DNA of 64,000 nucleotides from an uncultured Collinsella sp. (GCA_900540895.1 UQHV01000014.1:2856-66855); one strand, 5' to 3'; positions 1 to 10,495 are shown, numbered from the stretch's first letter. Numbers and translations: made by a program. Notes: generated from the sequence alone by a model not told the origin.

Positions 1-1
1 A

Positions 2-646
2 CGTCATATCGAGAACCTCGATTTGAGACTGTTGACGACAGGCGGCAGCAACGGGTAGCCACGCGCGAACAGCCTCTCCCTCCAGAGCTCCAGGGACAGA
101 CACGGATGCCTTAAGCGTGATGACGCGAGCCAACCCGTTTTGCGACTCCATCTCCCTGAGCATCTGGTTACGCAGCGCGATGCCGTCCGCAGAATCGGGA
201 CGCAGGCCCGGAACCTCCTTGGGGTACACGCGAAGCGAATCGAGGAAGTTGTCGAGAACGAACAGCTCGCCATCGATAAAGCGCCAGTCAATACGCTTAC
301 GATTGATCAGGTCGTCAAGCTGCTCTTCGGTAAACTCTGGCCACTCCTCGCGAATCATCGCAATACCCTGATCGCGCGACACCGAAAAATGAAGCGGCGT
401 CTCGAGCATGCGATACCGCTCGGCACGAACACAAGCAGCCAGCGAAGGCTCAGGGTTCTGCTCCAGAAGGCGATCGCAAGCAGCAACAGCCTGCGTCAAA
501 TACCCGGCATCCTTGAGACGAAGAATCTCAGGCGGCAGTCCAATATCGAGATGACGAAAGTCATCACAGCAAACATCAACAGAGCAACCAACAGGACCCT
601 CGCCAATAACCTTCCCATCCGAAGGCAGCACATCAATAACAGCCAT
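2..646 (-). CDS. Transglutaminase-like domain protein, N-terminal part (runs off the window start)
   Basis: Not in the ORF track. I translated an open frame from ATG 646 to the window edge: MAVIDVLPSDGKVIGEGPVGCSVDVCCDDFRHLDIGLPPEILRLKDAG...RKRIDWRFIDGE...VRAWLPVAAACRQQSQIEVLDMT, with GGAG upstream. It resembles N-termini of gut-bacterial transglutaminase-like proteins; the catalytic part is not visible. Confidence 0.6.
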   Translation of the reverse strand, partial: MAVIDVLPSDGKVIGEGPVGCSVDVCCDDFRHLDIGLPPEILRLKDAGYLTQAVAACDRLLEQNPEPSLAACVRAERYRMLETPLHFSVSRDQGIAMIREEWPEFTEEQLDDLINRKRIDWRFIDGELFVLDNFLDSLRVYPKEVPGLRPDSADGIALRNQMLREMESQNGLARVITLKASVSVPGALEGEAVRAWLPVAAACRQQSQIEVLDMT

Positions 647-785
647 ACCAAAACTCCAAGTCACTAGAACGCTTGAAGCCCATTGTAGCGAGATAAAAAG
701 AAAGCCCCAACAAGGGAGCCATCAACGCCGCCGAACGGTAGTCAATAAATAAATTCAGCCCAGTAACCCTGCGGCGTTAAACAAA

Positions 786-877
786 GGAAGCCCCATCCCC
801 CGGAACTGTTTCCTTGGCGCGACTTCTGGCGAAGCCAGGTGAGCGCAAAGGAAACAGTGTAGGGGGACGGGGCTTCC
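786..877. repeat. Long nested imperfect palindrome downstream of fba (REP-doublet-like; may also act as terminator)
   Basis: GGAAGCCCCATCCCCC..ACTGTTTCCTTGGCGC..CTGGC-GAA-GCCAG..GCGCAAAGGAAACAGT..GGGGGACGGGGCTTCC. Confidence 0.75.
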
Positions 878-897
878 GGCGGGAAGTTTAGCGACGC

Positions 898-1764
898 TTA
901 CGCCTTGTTGACGGAGCCAAACTCCTCCATGAGCTCCTTGGTGCGAGCAACGATGTTGTCGCGACCAGGCTTGAGGAGCTTGCGGGGGTCAAAGCCCTTG
1001 CCCTGCTGATCCTTGCCAGCCTCGATGTACTCGCGGACGCCCTTGGCGAAGACGAGCTGCAGGTCGGTGTTGACGTTGATCTTGGAGATGCCCAGGGAGA
1101 TGGCCTTCTTGATCTGATCCTCGGGGATGCCGGTACCACCGTGCAGAACGAGGGGCAGGTCGCCGGTCTGAGCCTTGATCTCGCCCAGACGCTCGAAGGA
1201 AAGGCCAGCCCAGTCGGCGGGATACACGCCGTGGATGTTGCCGATGCCGCAGGCGAGGAAGTCGACGCCCAGGTCAGCAATCTGCTTGCACTCAGCGGGG
1301 TCAGCGAGCTCGCCGTTGGAGGTCACGCCGTCCTCGGTGCCGCCGATGCCGCCGACCTCGGCCTCGATGGACATGCCCTTGGAGTGGGCAAGCTCAACGA
1401 GCTCCTTGGTGCGGTCGAGGTTAAGCTGGAAGGTCTCCTCGTGAGAGCCGTCATACATGATGGACGTGAAGCCGGCCTCGATGCACTTGAAGCAGTCCTC
1501 GTAAGAACCGTGATCGAGGTGAAGGGCGACGGGAACGGTAACGCCCGTGGCCTCGACGGCAGCCTTGACCATGTCGGCGCAGACCTTGAAACCGCCCATC
1601 CACTTAGCGGCACCAGCGGTGCACTGAAGGATCAGCGGAGACTTGGCCTCCTCGGCGGCCTGGAGAATAGCCAGGGTCCACTCGAGGTTGTTGGTGTTGA
1701 AGGCACCGAGAGCGTACTTGCCGGCCTCGGCCTTCTTGAGCATGTCTGCTGCGTTGACGAGCAT
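898..1764 (-). CDS. fba: Fructose-1,6-bisphosphate aldolase, class II
   Basis: Motifs AFN, HLDHG, MYDGS, EAEVG, GNIHG, LVLHGGTG, KINVNT, GFDPRK. AGGAGG precedes ATG 1764, so the start is trimmed from the track ORF. Confidence 0.96.
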   Translation of the reverse strand: MLVNAADMLKKAEAGKYALGAFNTNNLEWTLAILQAAEEAKSPLILQCTAGAAKWMGGFKVCADMVKAAVEATGVTVPVALHLDHGSYEDCFKCIEAGFTSIMYDGSHEETFQLNLDRTKELVELAHSKGMSIEAEVGGIGGTEDGVTSNGELADPAECKQIADLGVDFLACGIGNIHGVYPADWAGLSFERLGEIKAQTGDLPLVLHGGTGIPEDQIKKAISLGISKINVNTDLQLVFAKGVREYIEAGKDQQGKGFDPRKLLKPGRDNIVARTKELMEEFGSVNKA

Positions 1765-1959
1765 AAAAGAAACCTCCTGTAAGGTTGCTCCGATAACGCC
1801 TGAGATTTTACCACGGCGTACCCGAGCATAAACGTTCGTTTGTTCACGAATATCGTCCAAACAGACTTTTTTTGACCGTTTGCCCTACGGAATCGACCCG
1901 TTGGGGAAAAATAGCTTGACGTTTAGACGCTTCTCGTGCTTTAGAAGCTGACTATAAAG

Positions 1960-2643
1960 CTACACCTGCATGAAAGTGTTCTGCATGAGCTCGCGTGCCA
2001 TGGTGGTCGAATCGCCATGGCCGGTTAAGCAAACGGTGTCGGGCGGAAGAAGCCGGGCGAGCTTGGAGAGCGAGCGCAGAATCGCCGCCTCGTCTCCGCC
2101 GGAAAGATCGGTGCGGCCGTGCCCACCCGGAAACAGGGTGTCGCCCACAAAGGCGATGTTCCCCTGCTCGGTGGCAGCAAACAAGACGATCCCGCCCGGC
2201 GTATGCCCTGGTGTCTCGATCACCTGCAGGCAGATATCGCCCACCTCGAGAGCATCGCCCTGGGCGAGCAGGCGCGTCGGCTCCCCAGGGTCGGGCGTCT
2301 CAATGCCCCACATAGCTCGCTGTTCCTCGATGTTCGCATGCGGCACCGCCACATCCTTAGCACACAGCTCATACTGACAGCCCTCGCCAACGGTGGTTCG
2401 CACGCCGGCAACACCACCAACATGATCGGCATGGCCATGAGTGCATACGGCGCCAAGCATGCGTACGCCGGGATGCTTGGCTCGAATATGCTCTACCAAG
2501 CGCTCGCCTTCCCATGCGGGGTCGATAATCACACACTCATTGTCCGAAATAACAGCATAGCTATTGGTCTGAATGGGACCGTTTACGAGCGTCTCGATCT
2601 CGACCGATCCCTTGGGAGTTACATCCAAGGACACACCACTCAT
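1960..2643 (-). CDS. MBL-fold metallo-hydrolase (glyoxalase II/YcbL-like)
   Basis: THGHADH, TPGHTPG, GDTLF, GRTDL and GHG motifs; GAGAGG RBS. Confidence 0.92.
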   Translation of the reverse strand: MSGVSLDVTPKGSVEIETLVNGPIQTNSYAVISDNECVIIDPAWEGERLVEHIRAKHPGVRMLGAVCTHGHADHVGGVAGVRTTVGEGCQYELCAKDVAVPHANIEEQRAMWGIETPDPGEPTRLLAQGDALEVGDICLQVIETPGHTPGGIVLFAATEQGNIAFVGDTLFPGGHGRTDLSGGDEAAILRSLSKLARLLPPDTVCLTGHGDSTTMARELMQNTFMQV

Positions 2644-2727
2644 GTCCCTCTCCTCTCTATAGAACTCGAGGCATCAAACGATGCCTCGAGTGTAGCGAAT
2701 ATCGATAATGTGGCACGTTCGTCGCGA

Positions 2728-5088
2728 CTAAACGCGGCGCTTAAGCTGGGCTCCACCCTCGCCGGGCATCAGGCGGCGCGCGTCGTAGACCGAGTCAACG
2801 CTGCTGATGGAGGCTAGCAGCGGATCCAGCCCACTCGCGTCCGAGATCTCGACCATAAAGCGTAGGGTTGCAATACCCTCGCGGTTGGTCGACGTGGCGG
2901 CAGAAAGGATATTGCCGCCCGCATCGCCAATGGCAATGGTGACATCCTTGAGCAGGCCCATGCGGTCCAGGCACTCGACCACGATCTCGACCTGGAAGAG
3001 GGTGTCGGCAGCGCCGTCCCACTCCACTTCGATCATGCGCTCGGGATGCTCCATAAGACCCTTGACGTTGGGGCAGTTGGCGCGATGCACCGAAACGCCA
3101 CGACCGCGCGTGATGAAGCCGACGATATCGTCGCCCGTCACCGGATTACAGCAATGCGCCAGACGGACCAGCAGTCCGCTGTTGCTCTCGCCCTTGACGA
3201 TAATGCCGTTGCTGGCGCTCTTGCCACGCTTTTGCGGCTTGCGGTTGGAGCCGCGGGCCGGCTGTTTCACGACCTCGGCGATAGCCTCGGCCTTGGTGAC
3301 CTGTTCCTCGGGCTTGGGGTCCAAGATTTGCTCGACCTTGTTACCCACAGCGCGCGGGGCAACCTTGCCGGCGCCGACGGCGGCAAACAGGTCCTCAAGC
3401 TGCTTGTAGTTAAACTGCTCCGCCACGGCGTTGAGCGCACGCGTGGATCGCGGCGTAGAGATGCCATACCCGCGCTTGCGCAGGTCCTTGGCCAGTATAT
3501 CGCGGCCGGCAGCAGCGTCATCGTCTTTGGTCGCGGCGGCGAAATAACGGCGAATCTTTGACTTGGCCGAAGGAGTCTTAACGATCTTGAGCCAATCACG
3601 CGACGGCTTGGAACTCTTGTTGGTCAGGATTTCAACGCGGTCGCCCGTCTTGATTTCGTGCGTGAGCGGGGCCACCGCACCGTTGATCTTAGCGCCGACG
3701 CAGTGGTTGCCCACCTCGGTGTGAACGGCGTAGGCAAAGTCGAGCGGCGTGGAGCCGGCACGAAGCGCCATGACCTCGCCCTTGGGTGTAAAGACAAAGA
3801 TCTCCTGATCGAACAGATCAACCTTCAGCGAGTGCAGGTATTCCTTGGCGTCCGTAATCTCATCAGACGCTGCCCAATCGAGCGAATGTTTGAGCCAGTT
3901 AATCTGGTCGTCCAGACGCTGGGCATCATTGGTCTTAGACGCAGACGATCCGCCCGACTTCTTATAGAGCCAGTGGGCGGCAATGCCGTACTCGGCCTGC
4001 TCATGCATCTCATAGGTTCGAATCTGAATCTCGAGCGGGCGGGCCGTGGGGCCGATAACCGTCGTGTGGAGCGACTGGTAGTTATTAACCTTGGGCATGG
4101 CGATATAGTCTTTAAAGCGACCGGGCATGGGGTGCCACAGTGTATGCACCGCGCCGAGCGTGGAGTAGCAATCGCGCACCGAATGCGTGATGACGCGCAG
4201 TGCCACCAGGTCGTAGATCTCGGAGAACTCCTTGCCCTTGCGCTTCATCTTTTGGTAGATGGACCAATAGTGCTTGGAGCGGCCATTGATCTGGAAGCCC
4301 TCCAGGCCGATGCGGTTGAGCTCGTCGGTGAGCGTCTTGATGGTCTCGGCCAGATAGCGCTCACGGACCTCACGAGACTCCGCCACCATGCGCGCGATGC
4401 GCTGGTAGGCGTCGGGCTCAAGGTAGAAGAAGGACAGGTCCTCGAGCTCCCACTTAATAGAGCTCATGCCCAGACGGTCGGCCAGGGGCGCATACACGTC
4501 CATGGTCTCGCGAGCCTTAAACAGGCGACGGTCCTCACGCAGGGCTGCAAGGGTGCGCATGTTGTGCAGACGGTCGGCAAGTTTGACGATAATGACGCGG
4601 ATGTCCTTGGACATGGCGAGGAACATCTTGCGCAGCGTAAGCGCCTGCTTCTCGTCCATGCTATCGACTTCGATGTTGGTGAGCTTGGTCACGCCATCGA
4701 CGAGCTCGGCAACCGTATCGCCAAACAGGCCGGACACATCGGCGAGCGAGGTCTCGGTATCCTCGACGGTATCGTGCAGCAGCGCGGCGCACACCACATC
4801 GCAGTCCATCTTGAGATCGGCCAAAATGATGGCCACCTCGACGGGATGGTTGATGTACATCTCACCCGAACGGCGCTTTTGATTGCAGTGCTTCTCGGCA
4901 GCAAAGCAATAGGCCTGCTCCACCTTGGAGAAGTCGTCCTCATTCATATATTTGAGGCACAGGCGCTCCAGCTTGTCGTAGCTGTCCGCCATAATCTCGG
5001 GCGGCAGCTCATCGGCATGCTTATAGTGCTCCATCTCCGAGAACGGTTGGAGGGTGGAATCATGGGCGGTACGGGCTGCGGCATCCAT
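2728..5088 (-). CDS. rel: Bifunctional (p)ppGpp synthetase/hydrolase (long RSH)
   Basis: HD hydrolase (LLHDTVED, KLADRLHNMRT), synthetase (GRSKH..SIYQKM, YQSLHT, EIQIRT), TGS (FTPKG..DFAYAVHT), CC and ACT domains. Confidence 0.97.
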   Translation of the reverse strand: MDAAARTAHDSTLQPFSEMEHYKHADELPPEIMADSYDKLERLCLKYMNEDDFSKVEQAYCFAAEKHCNQKRRSGEMYINHPVEVAIILADLKMDCDVVCAALLHDTVEDTETSLADVSGLFGDTVAELVDGVTKLTNIEVDSMDEKQALTLRKMFLAMSKDIRVIIVKLADRLHNMRTLAALREDRRLFKARETMDVYAPLADRLGMSSIKWELEDLSFFYLEPDAYQRIARMVAESREVRERYLAETIKTLTDELNRIGLEGFQINGRSKHYWSIYQKMKRKGKEFSEIYDLVALRVITHSVRDCYSTLGAVHTLWHPMPGRFKDYIAMPKVNNYQSLHTTVIGPTARPLEIQIRTYEMHEQAEYGIAAHWLYKKSGGSSASKTNDAQRLDDQINWLKHSLDWAASDEITDAKEYLHSLKVDLFDQEIFVFTPKGEVMALRAGSTPLDFAYAVHTEVGNHCVGAKINGAVAPLTHEIKTGDRVEILTNKSSKPSRDWLKIVKTPSAKSKIRRYFAAATKDDDAAAGRDILAKDLRKRGYGISTPRSTRALNAVAEQFNYKQLEDLFAAVGAGKVAPRAVGNKVEQILDPKPEEQVTKAEAIAEVVKQPARGSNRKPQKRGKSASNGIIVKGESNSGLLVRLAHCCNPVTGDDIVGFITRGRGVSVHRANCPNVKGLMEHPERMIEVEWDGAADTLFQVEIVVECLDRMGLLKDVTIAIGDAGGNILSAATSTNREGIATLRFMVEISDASGLDPLLASISSVDSVYDARRLMPGEGGAQLKRRV

Positions 5089-5103
5089 CGAGGTCCCCTT
5101 CCC

Positions 5104-8100
5104 CTAGGCCCGCGGTACGATCGGGCGGTTAACTTTGGCTAGCATATCAGAAGCGCACGAATCAAGCGCCCAACTCCGGAAAGCCGAGAACTCCATGCGC
5201 GAGCGCAAGCCCTCCAAATAGCGGATTGACCTGCTCAATTGCACACGGCCGGGGTTTTCGGCCATCGCAATGCGACGGGTGTCATCAAACCCCGAAACGC
5301 GACAGAAGCCAAGCTCTTCGAAGATTCCCAGACCGCTTGCCACCGAGCGCTCGTCAACCGGCGTGCGGGCATCGATGGCAAGGCACATCTGCGCGATGTC
5401 GATATCGCTCGCACTAAATGAGTCGGCTCCGGTCTTGCCGCGGTTGGAGCGCCACATAGTCTGCAGCGCGCGATAGAGCGTGACGAGCTCGTCGCGCTCG
5501 GGCGCGTAGCAGTCGAGCAGGCGCTCGTTAATGCGAGCGTCACGCGACGAATAGAGCAGGTGAATCACGGCAGGTTGCCCGTCGCGACCGGCGCGTCCGC
5601 TCATCTGGTTGAACTCAATGCTGCCAAACGGCATGTGATAGAGCACGACATGGCGGATATCGGGCAGGTTCACGCCCTCACCAAAGGCAGAGGTCGAAAC
5701 GATGCAACTGAGGCTTCCGTCACGAAACGCTTCCTCCACGCGGCGACGATCGGAGCGCGCAAGCCCCGCGTTATAGAATGCGATGCGGGTCGCGCAATCG
5801 GGTACCCGCTTGCGCAGCGTCTTAGCAAGCGCCACGGACTGGTCGCGCGAGTTGACGTAGATGACGGTCTTCTCCCCCGTAGCCACGATTGACACCAGGC
5901 GGTTCTCGCGGCTCGCAAGGTCCCGGTCATCCTCGAGCCGCAAGTTCTCGCGCACCGTCTCGTCGACCACTGTACGGGTAATCGGTAGCACGCGGGCGAG
6001 CTCGGCCACAACCGGAGCCGTTGCGGTGGCAGTCGCGGCCAGAACGACCGGGTCACCCAGGGCCTTGAGGATATCGGGCATGTCGAGATAGGCACTGCGG
6101 TCGCCGCCCTTGGCAAGACCGGCATGATGCGCCTCATCGATAACGACAAACCCGATACGCCCCGAGCGCGCAAAGCGATCACGGTGAATAGACAGGAACT
6201 CAGGCGTCGTGAGCACGATGCCGGTGCGGCCCGAAGCCAAGCCGGCAAACACGTCATCGCGCGCCGCCTCCACGGTCTCGCCGGTCAACACGCCCACGCC
6301 AATGCCGAGCGCAGCCATCGTCGACGAGAGGTGATAGGCCTGGTCAGCAACGAGCGCACGCAGCGGATAGACAAAGATGCTCGCACGCCCACGAAGGACC
6401 GCCTCGCGCGCGGCGTGCACATGGAAGATGAGCGACTTGCCACGCCCCGTCCCCATAACAGCCAAAACGCTCTGGTGGTCGGCGAGGGCGTCGAGTGCCT
6501 CGACCTGCGCGCGATGTGGCTGGTTCGAGCCGATAAAGCTATGGATAAGCGAGCGCGTGAGCTCGGTATAAGAAAGCTGGGCGAGCGTCTCGCGTTTACG
6601 CGACTCCAGACGCAGGCCAGAATCCGCCGGCTGCACGCCGCGGCGAAGCTCACATGCCGGATCGTCGATATTGGGCGCCGCGGTATCGCGCACCAAGACA
6701 TCTTTGATCATGAGCTTGGGCTTCACACGTCCCTGCCAATGCTCGGCCACTGCCTCGAACACCAGGTCGACGGCGCTATCGCAATTGATGAGCTTATCGA
6801 TCTGCGGCACGCGGAACATAATGGCCGGCACACTCGCAGCGCCATCGGTCGCCACGAAGCGCATGTGCTCGCCGGTTTTGCCCACCACGGCGCGATCGCA
6901 CATTGTCACGCCCTCGGCCGCCAACAGCGGCACCTTGTTGCCCTGGCCAAACGGCTCAAGACGGGAGATTTGCTCGATGGTCTCGATATTTAGCTCGGAG
7001 AGGTCAACGGTGGCGGCAACCTCGTCGGTGTCCTCAAAGTCCTCGGCGGGAAGCTCGGACAGCACGGCGGAAAGGCGACGGCGGAACTCGTCGAGCTTGG
7101 ACGCCTCGATGGTCACGCCCACCGCACCCGCATGCCCGCCGCGACGAATCAGCAGATCCGAGCAGCGCTCGACAGCGTCGAACAGGTTGACCTTGCCCAC
7201 CGAGCGACCCGAACCGCGAGCGATACCGTCTTCGATCGAGAACAGCAGCGCCGGCACGTGATAACGGTTGGTCAGGCGGCTCGCTACGATACCCTTGACG
7301 CCCTCGTGCCAGCCCTCGCCACCCACGACGATTGCGCGACCGCCATCATAGGTCTCCTCGACCTTTGCCATGGCATCGCGCGTGAGCTCCGCCTCGATCT
7401 CGCGACGCTGACGGTTAATCTCCTCGAGCTCGGCCGCCAGCGCGCTTGCCTCGATGGGATCGCGGGCAAGCAGCAGGTCGAGCGCCAGCTTGGGATCGGC
7501 CATGCGGCCGGCGGCGTTCAAGCGGGGAATGAGCGAAAACGACAGGCCATCGGCCGTAATACTAGAGAGGTCGGCCTTGGCGAGCGCGGCCAGCGCGATA
7601 TAGCCGGGGCGGGCGGTCACGCGCATCTGCTGGATGCCCTCGGCGACCAGCGCGCGGTTCTCGGGCGTCAGCGGCATCATGTCGGACACGGTACCCAGCG
7701 CCGCGACCTCGATCAGCGAACGCCAATACGACGGCTTGCCCAGACGCTCGCCCAGGACCTGCACCAGCTTGAGCGCCACACCGGCACCGGCAAGCTCGCG
7801 CGAGGGACCCTCGTCCTCGAGCTTTGGGTCGGTCAGGGGCACGCCCTGCGGCACCTGGTCGGACGGCTCGTGATGGTCCGTGACCACCAATTCGATCCCC
7901 AGGCTCTCCAGATAGGAAACCTCTTCCTTGGCGGCAATGCCGTTATCGACGGTCACGATCAGCTGGGGGCGAGCGAGCTCGTTAACGCGGTCGAGTGCCG
8001 CGCGCGAAAGACCGTAGCCCTCATCAAAGCGATGCGGAATAAACGGCGTGACATCGGCGCCAAACGTGCGCAGCGCCTCGGTCAACAGGCAGGTCGACGT

Positions 8101-8391
8101 AATGCCGTCAACGTCAAAATCGCCAAAGACTGCAATGTGCTCGTGGTTGCGAATAGCGCGCTCAACGCGGTCGGCAACGACCGACATGCCCGGGATAATG
8201 AGTGGGTCGGCCCAGTCGCGATCGAGCGAAGGCGTCAAAAACAATTGGCCCTCTTTGATGGAGCCAATGCCGTGCGCGACCATAATGCGCGCCACCAGCC
8301 CAGGAATGCCCAGACCAGCCGAAAGTTCCTTTTCGAGCTCGGGATTTTGCTGAGCGACCGCCCAGCGATGCGTCGTCTTAAGCGATGACAT
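5104..8391 (-). CDS. recJ: ssDNA exonuclease RecJ fused to a C-terminal RecQ-like SF2 (DEAH) helicase
   Basis: DHH motifs GDFDVDG, TVDNG, TDHH, PRLNAAGR, GSGRS, GGH; then GTGRGKS, IDEAH, TATA, AFGEGVN, QMSGRAGRDG. Start uncertain (8391 chosen; 8436 possible). Confidence 0.92.
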   Translation of the reverse strand: MSSLKTTHRWAVAQQNPELEKELSAGLGIPGLVARIMVAHGIGSIKEGQLFLTPSLDRDWADPLIIPGMSVVADRVERAIRNHEHIAVFGDFDVDGITSTCLLTEALRTFGADVTPFIPHRFDEGYGLSRAALDRVNELARPQLIVTVDNGIAAKEEVSYLESLGIELVVTDHHEPSDQVPQGVPLTDPKLEDEGPSRELAGAGVALKLVQVLGERLGKPSYWRSLIEVAALGTVSDMMPLTPENRALVAEGIQQMRVTARPGYIALAALAKADLSSITADGLSFSLIPRLNAAGRMADPKLALDLLLARDPIEASALAAELEEINRQRREIEAELTRDAMAKVEETYDGGRAIVVGGEGWHEGVKGIVASRLTNRYHVPALLFSIEDGIARGSGRSVGKVNLFDAVERCSDLLIRRGGHAGAVGVTIEASKLDEFRRRLSAVLSELPAEDFEDTDEVAATVDLSELNIETIEQISRLEPFGQGNKVPLLAAEGVTMCDRAVVGKTGEHMRFVATDGAASVPAIMFRVPQIDKLINCDSAVDLVFEAVAEHWQGRVKPKLMIKDVLVRDTAAPNIDDPACELRRGVQPADSGLRLESRKRETLAQLSYTELTRSLIHSFIGSNQPHRAQVEALDALADHQSVLAVMGTGRGKSLIFHVHAAREAVLRGRASIFVYPLRALVADQAYHLSSTMAALGIGVGVLTGETVEAARDDVFAGLASGRTGIVLTTPEFLSIHRDRFARSGRIGFVVIDEAHHAGLAKGGDRSAYLDMPDILKALGDPVVLAATATATAPVVAELARVLPITRTVVDETVRENLRLEDDRDLASRENRLVSIVATGEKTVIYVNSRDQSVALAKTLRKRVPDCATRIAFYNAGLARSDRRRVEEAFRDGSLSCIVSTSAFGEGVNLPDIRHVVLYHMPFGSIEFNQMSGRAGRDGQPAVIHLLYSSRDARINERLLDCYAPERDELVTLYRALQTMWRSNRGKTGADSFSASDIDIAQMCLAIDARTPVDERSVASGLGIFEELGFCRVSGFDDTRRIAMAENPGRVQLSRSIRYLEGLRSRMEFSAFRSWALDSCASDMLAKVNRPIVPRA

Positions 8392-8499
8392 AGGCACCCA
8401 CCCCCGATAGGGGCAGGTCGCCGCGATACCTCTCACGGTTCATAGCGATGAGTCCTCTGTGTATGCCCGCTTCGGCAGGCAGATCTGTTGAACGGATTT

Positions 8500-8521
8500 A
8501 TTATACCGTGCAGCGCGGACG
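8500..8521 (-). promoter_or_regulatory. Putative promoter motif CGTCCG-N10-TATAAT upstream of recJ
   Basis: Same spacing as the motifs at 55957-55978 and 57245-57266. Confidence 0.55.
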
Positions 8522-8665
8522 CAAAACGCCGCGGTGCGCCGCGGTTTCGGCAAACGATGGCGGTAATGCCCTCGAAACAATCGAGCGTTTCAGCCGCACG
8601 GACACATACGAGCGTCTAGCATATCCATACAAACAAGTTCGCGGATAAAGGGAGTCGCGGGGCAT

Positions 8666-9664
8666 ATGAAGCAATGGGCTGGACTGGGGAAGTTCCTCGC
8701 GGGGCACATGCAGATCATCGTTCCGATTTGTGTGGCGCTCGGCGTGCTCTTTCCTCAACAGATCGGCGTTCTCAAGCCCATTGTTCCCGCCCTCTTCGCC
8801 TTTATGACGTTTCAGGGTGCGCTCAGCAACACCTTTCACCAGGTAGCCGAGGTGTTCCACCGTCCGCTGCACCTGATTCTGGCGTTGTTGGTCTCGGCGG
8901 CGCTTATTCCCATCGCGGCCTATGCCATGGGATCGTTGTTCTTTGGTTCCAACCCCAACCTTGTCTGCGGCATCGTGCTCGAATACAGTGTGCCCGTGGC
9001 AGTCACCGCTTTTATGTGGATCAGCATGTTCGGCGGCAACGGCCCGCTCGCGCTCACCATCATCCTGACGTCCTCGGTCATCTCCCCTGTGACGATTCCG
9101 CTTACGCTCAAGCTCCTGCTGGGCGCCACCGTCTCGATCGACGTGCCGAGCATGATGCAGAACATGGCCTTTATGATCGCCATCCCCGCTGTGCTCGGCA
9201 TCGTGATCAACGAGCTCACGCGCGGCTGGGGGCACGAGAAACTCTCCCCCGCGCTCTCGCCCGCCTGCAAGTTCATGATGATGGGCGTTATCGCCTCCAA
9301 CTCCACCGCCATGAGCGAGTACGTGCTGCACATGAACGCGGTGCGCTTGGAAGTCGCCCTCTTTATTTTGGTCTTCGCCATCAGCGGCTTTGTCGTCGGC
9401 ATTCTGGTCGCCCGCGCGCTGCATCTGCCATATAGCGAAACGACCACCATGTGCTTTACCTGCGGCATGCGCAATATCTCTTCGGGCGCCGTCATCGCCA
9501 CGCAATACTTTCCGGGCGAAGTTGTGTTTCCCGTCATGTGTGGAACGTTGTTTCAGCAGGTGCTCGCCTCGCTTATCGGACACTTCTTTGAGCGTCTGAC
9601 CGGCGAGGAGCGCGCCGCCCAGCGCAAGCGGGTCGAGGCCGGCCGCGATGCAATGGCGCGCTAA
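8666..9664 (+). CDS. Bile acid:sodium symporter (BASS/SBF) family transporter
   Basis: About 10 TM segments; PVAVTAFMW..GGNGPL and CGMRNISSG motifs. Confidence 0.85.
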   Translation: MKQWAGLGKFLAGHMQIIVPICVALGVLFPQQIGVLKPIVPALFAFMTFQGALSNTFHQVAEVFHRPLHLILALLVSAALIPIAAYAMGSLFFGSNPNLVCGIVLEYSVPVAVTAFMWISMFGGNGPLALTIILTSSVISPVTIPLTLKLLLGATVSIDVPSMMQNMAFMIAIPAVLGIVINELTRGWGHEKLSPALSPACKFMMMGVIASNSTAMSEYVLHMNAVRLEVALFILVFAISGFVVGILVARALHLPYSETTTMCFTCGMRNISSGAVIATQYFPGEVVFPVMCGTLFQQVLASLIGHFFERLTGEERAAQRKRVEAGRDAMAR

Positions 9665-9691
9665 ACCGTCCGCAGTGTGCGGGCGCTCACT

Positions 9692-10492
9692 TTACGATGT
9701 GAGCGCCTCCAGATGTGCGCGGAATCGCTCCGCATCGACATCGAGCGTGGTCTCAGCATTGACCTGAGCCAGCCGATACCCGACAAAGTAGGGTGAAACC
9801 ACCCAGCGCGGAAGCGCCTTGGCAATGGTCCGGCCGTCCATGTGGTAGAAGAACAAGTTGTACGACTCTGCGCGACCACCATGGTGCTCGTTCAGGATAT
9901 AGCGCAGAGCTACCTGAATCGCATCGGCGAAGAGGTCCGTCTCGGCTTGGTCTCGCGCGCCATCGCTGGCGGCGATTCCCTGCGGGGCTGAAACATTGAC
10001 CTCAAAGAACCCCATAATCGGTTCGGTTGAGATGTTGACCGCAACCCTTCCCCTCTGCCAAACATCGATGCCTTCAAAGTTGGCTGAGGTCAGCGCCGCA
10101 TAGCCGTCCTCCTGTTCCAAGCCCACAATCTGCATGTGTGGATGGACGAGGCTGCCGCCCGAAAGCGGGCCTTTGTTCTTGTACATGAGCACACTGCAGT
10201 ACTGTTGGGAATCGATCATCTGCTGCCAACAGCCCAGGGCAAACCGCATCACATGATGCAGCTCATCCGGTTCATAGGTCACCAGGTCGGCATCGTGATC
10301 GGCCGACTCGATCAGCACGGTTTGATGGGTGGCGCGCAGGGTTTTGAACTTATTCTCGAGCCAGATGCAGTCACCGTCGCGCTGGATGATGTTGGTGAGC
10401 CCCTCCGTGTTGCAAAAGGGGCACGCGGTACCGGGGCGACGGTTGTCGTCGGGCTTGCCGCTCGCCTGCTGAACATCGAATACAAGCGCCAC
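9692..10492 (-). CDS. DUF4931 / GalT-like HIT-superfamily protein
   Basis: CPFC, ENKF..L, YKNKGPLSGGSLVHPHMQIVG. Confidence 0.8.
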   Translation of the reverse strand: MALVFDVQQASGKPDDNRRPGTACPFCNTEGLTNIIQRDGDCIWLENKFKTLRATHQTVLIESADHDADLVTYEPDELHHVMRFALGCWQQMIDSQQYCSVLMYKNKGPLSGGSLVHPHMQIVGLEQEDGYAALTSANFEGIDVWQRGRVAVNISTEPIMGFFEVNVSAPQGIAASDGARDQAETDLFADAIQVALRYILNEHHGGRAESYNLFFYHMDGRTIAKALPRWVVSPYFVGYRLAQVNAETTLDVDAERFRAHLEALTS

Positions 10493-10495
10493 GGG

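Noticed and set aside
3658..5142. Long antisense ORFs (also 7132-8388, 12865-14907, 19647-21131, 22690-25158, 52270-53454, 54366-56087)
   Set aside because: Shadow frames opposite well-supported genes, expected from high-GC codon bias; no recognisable motifs.
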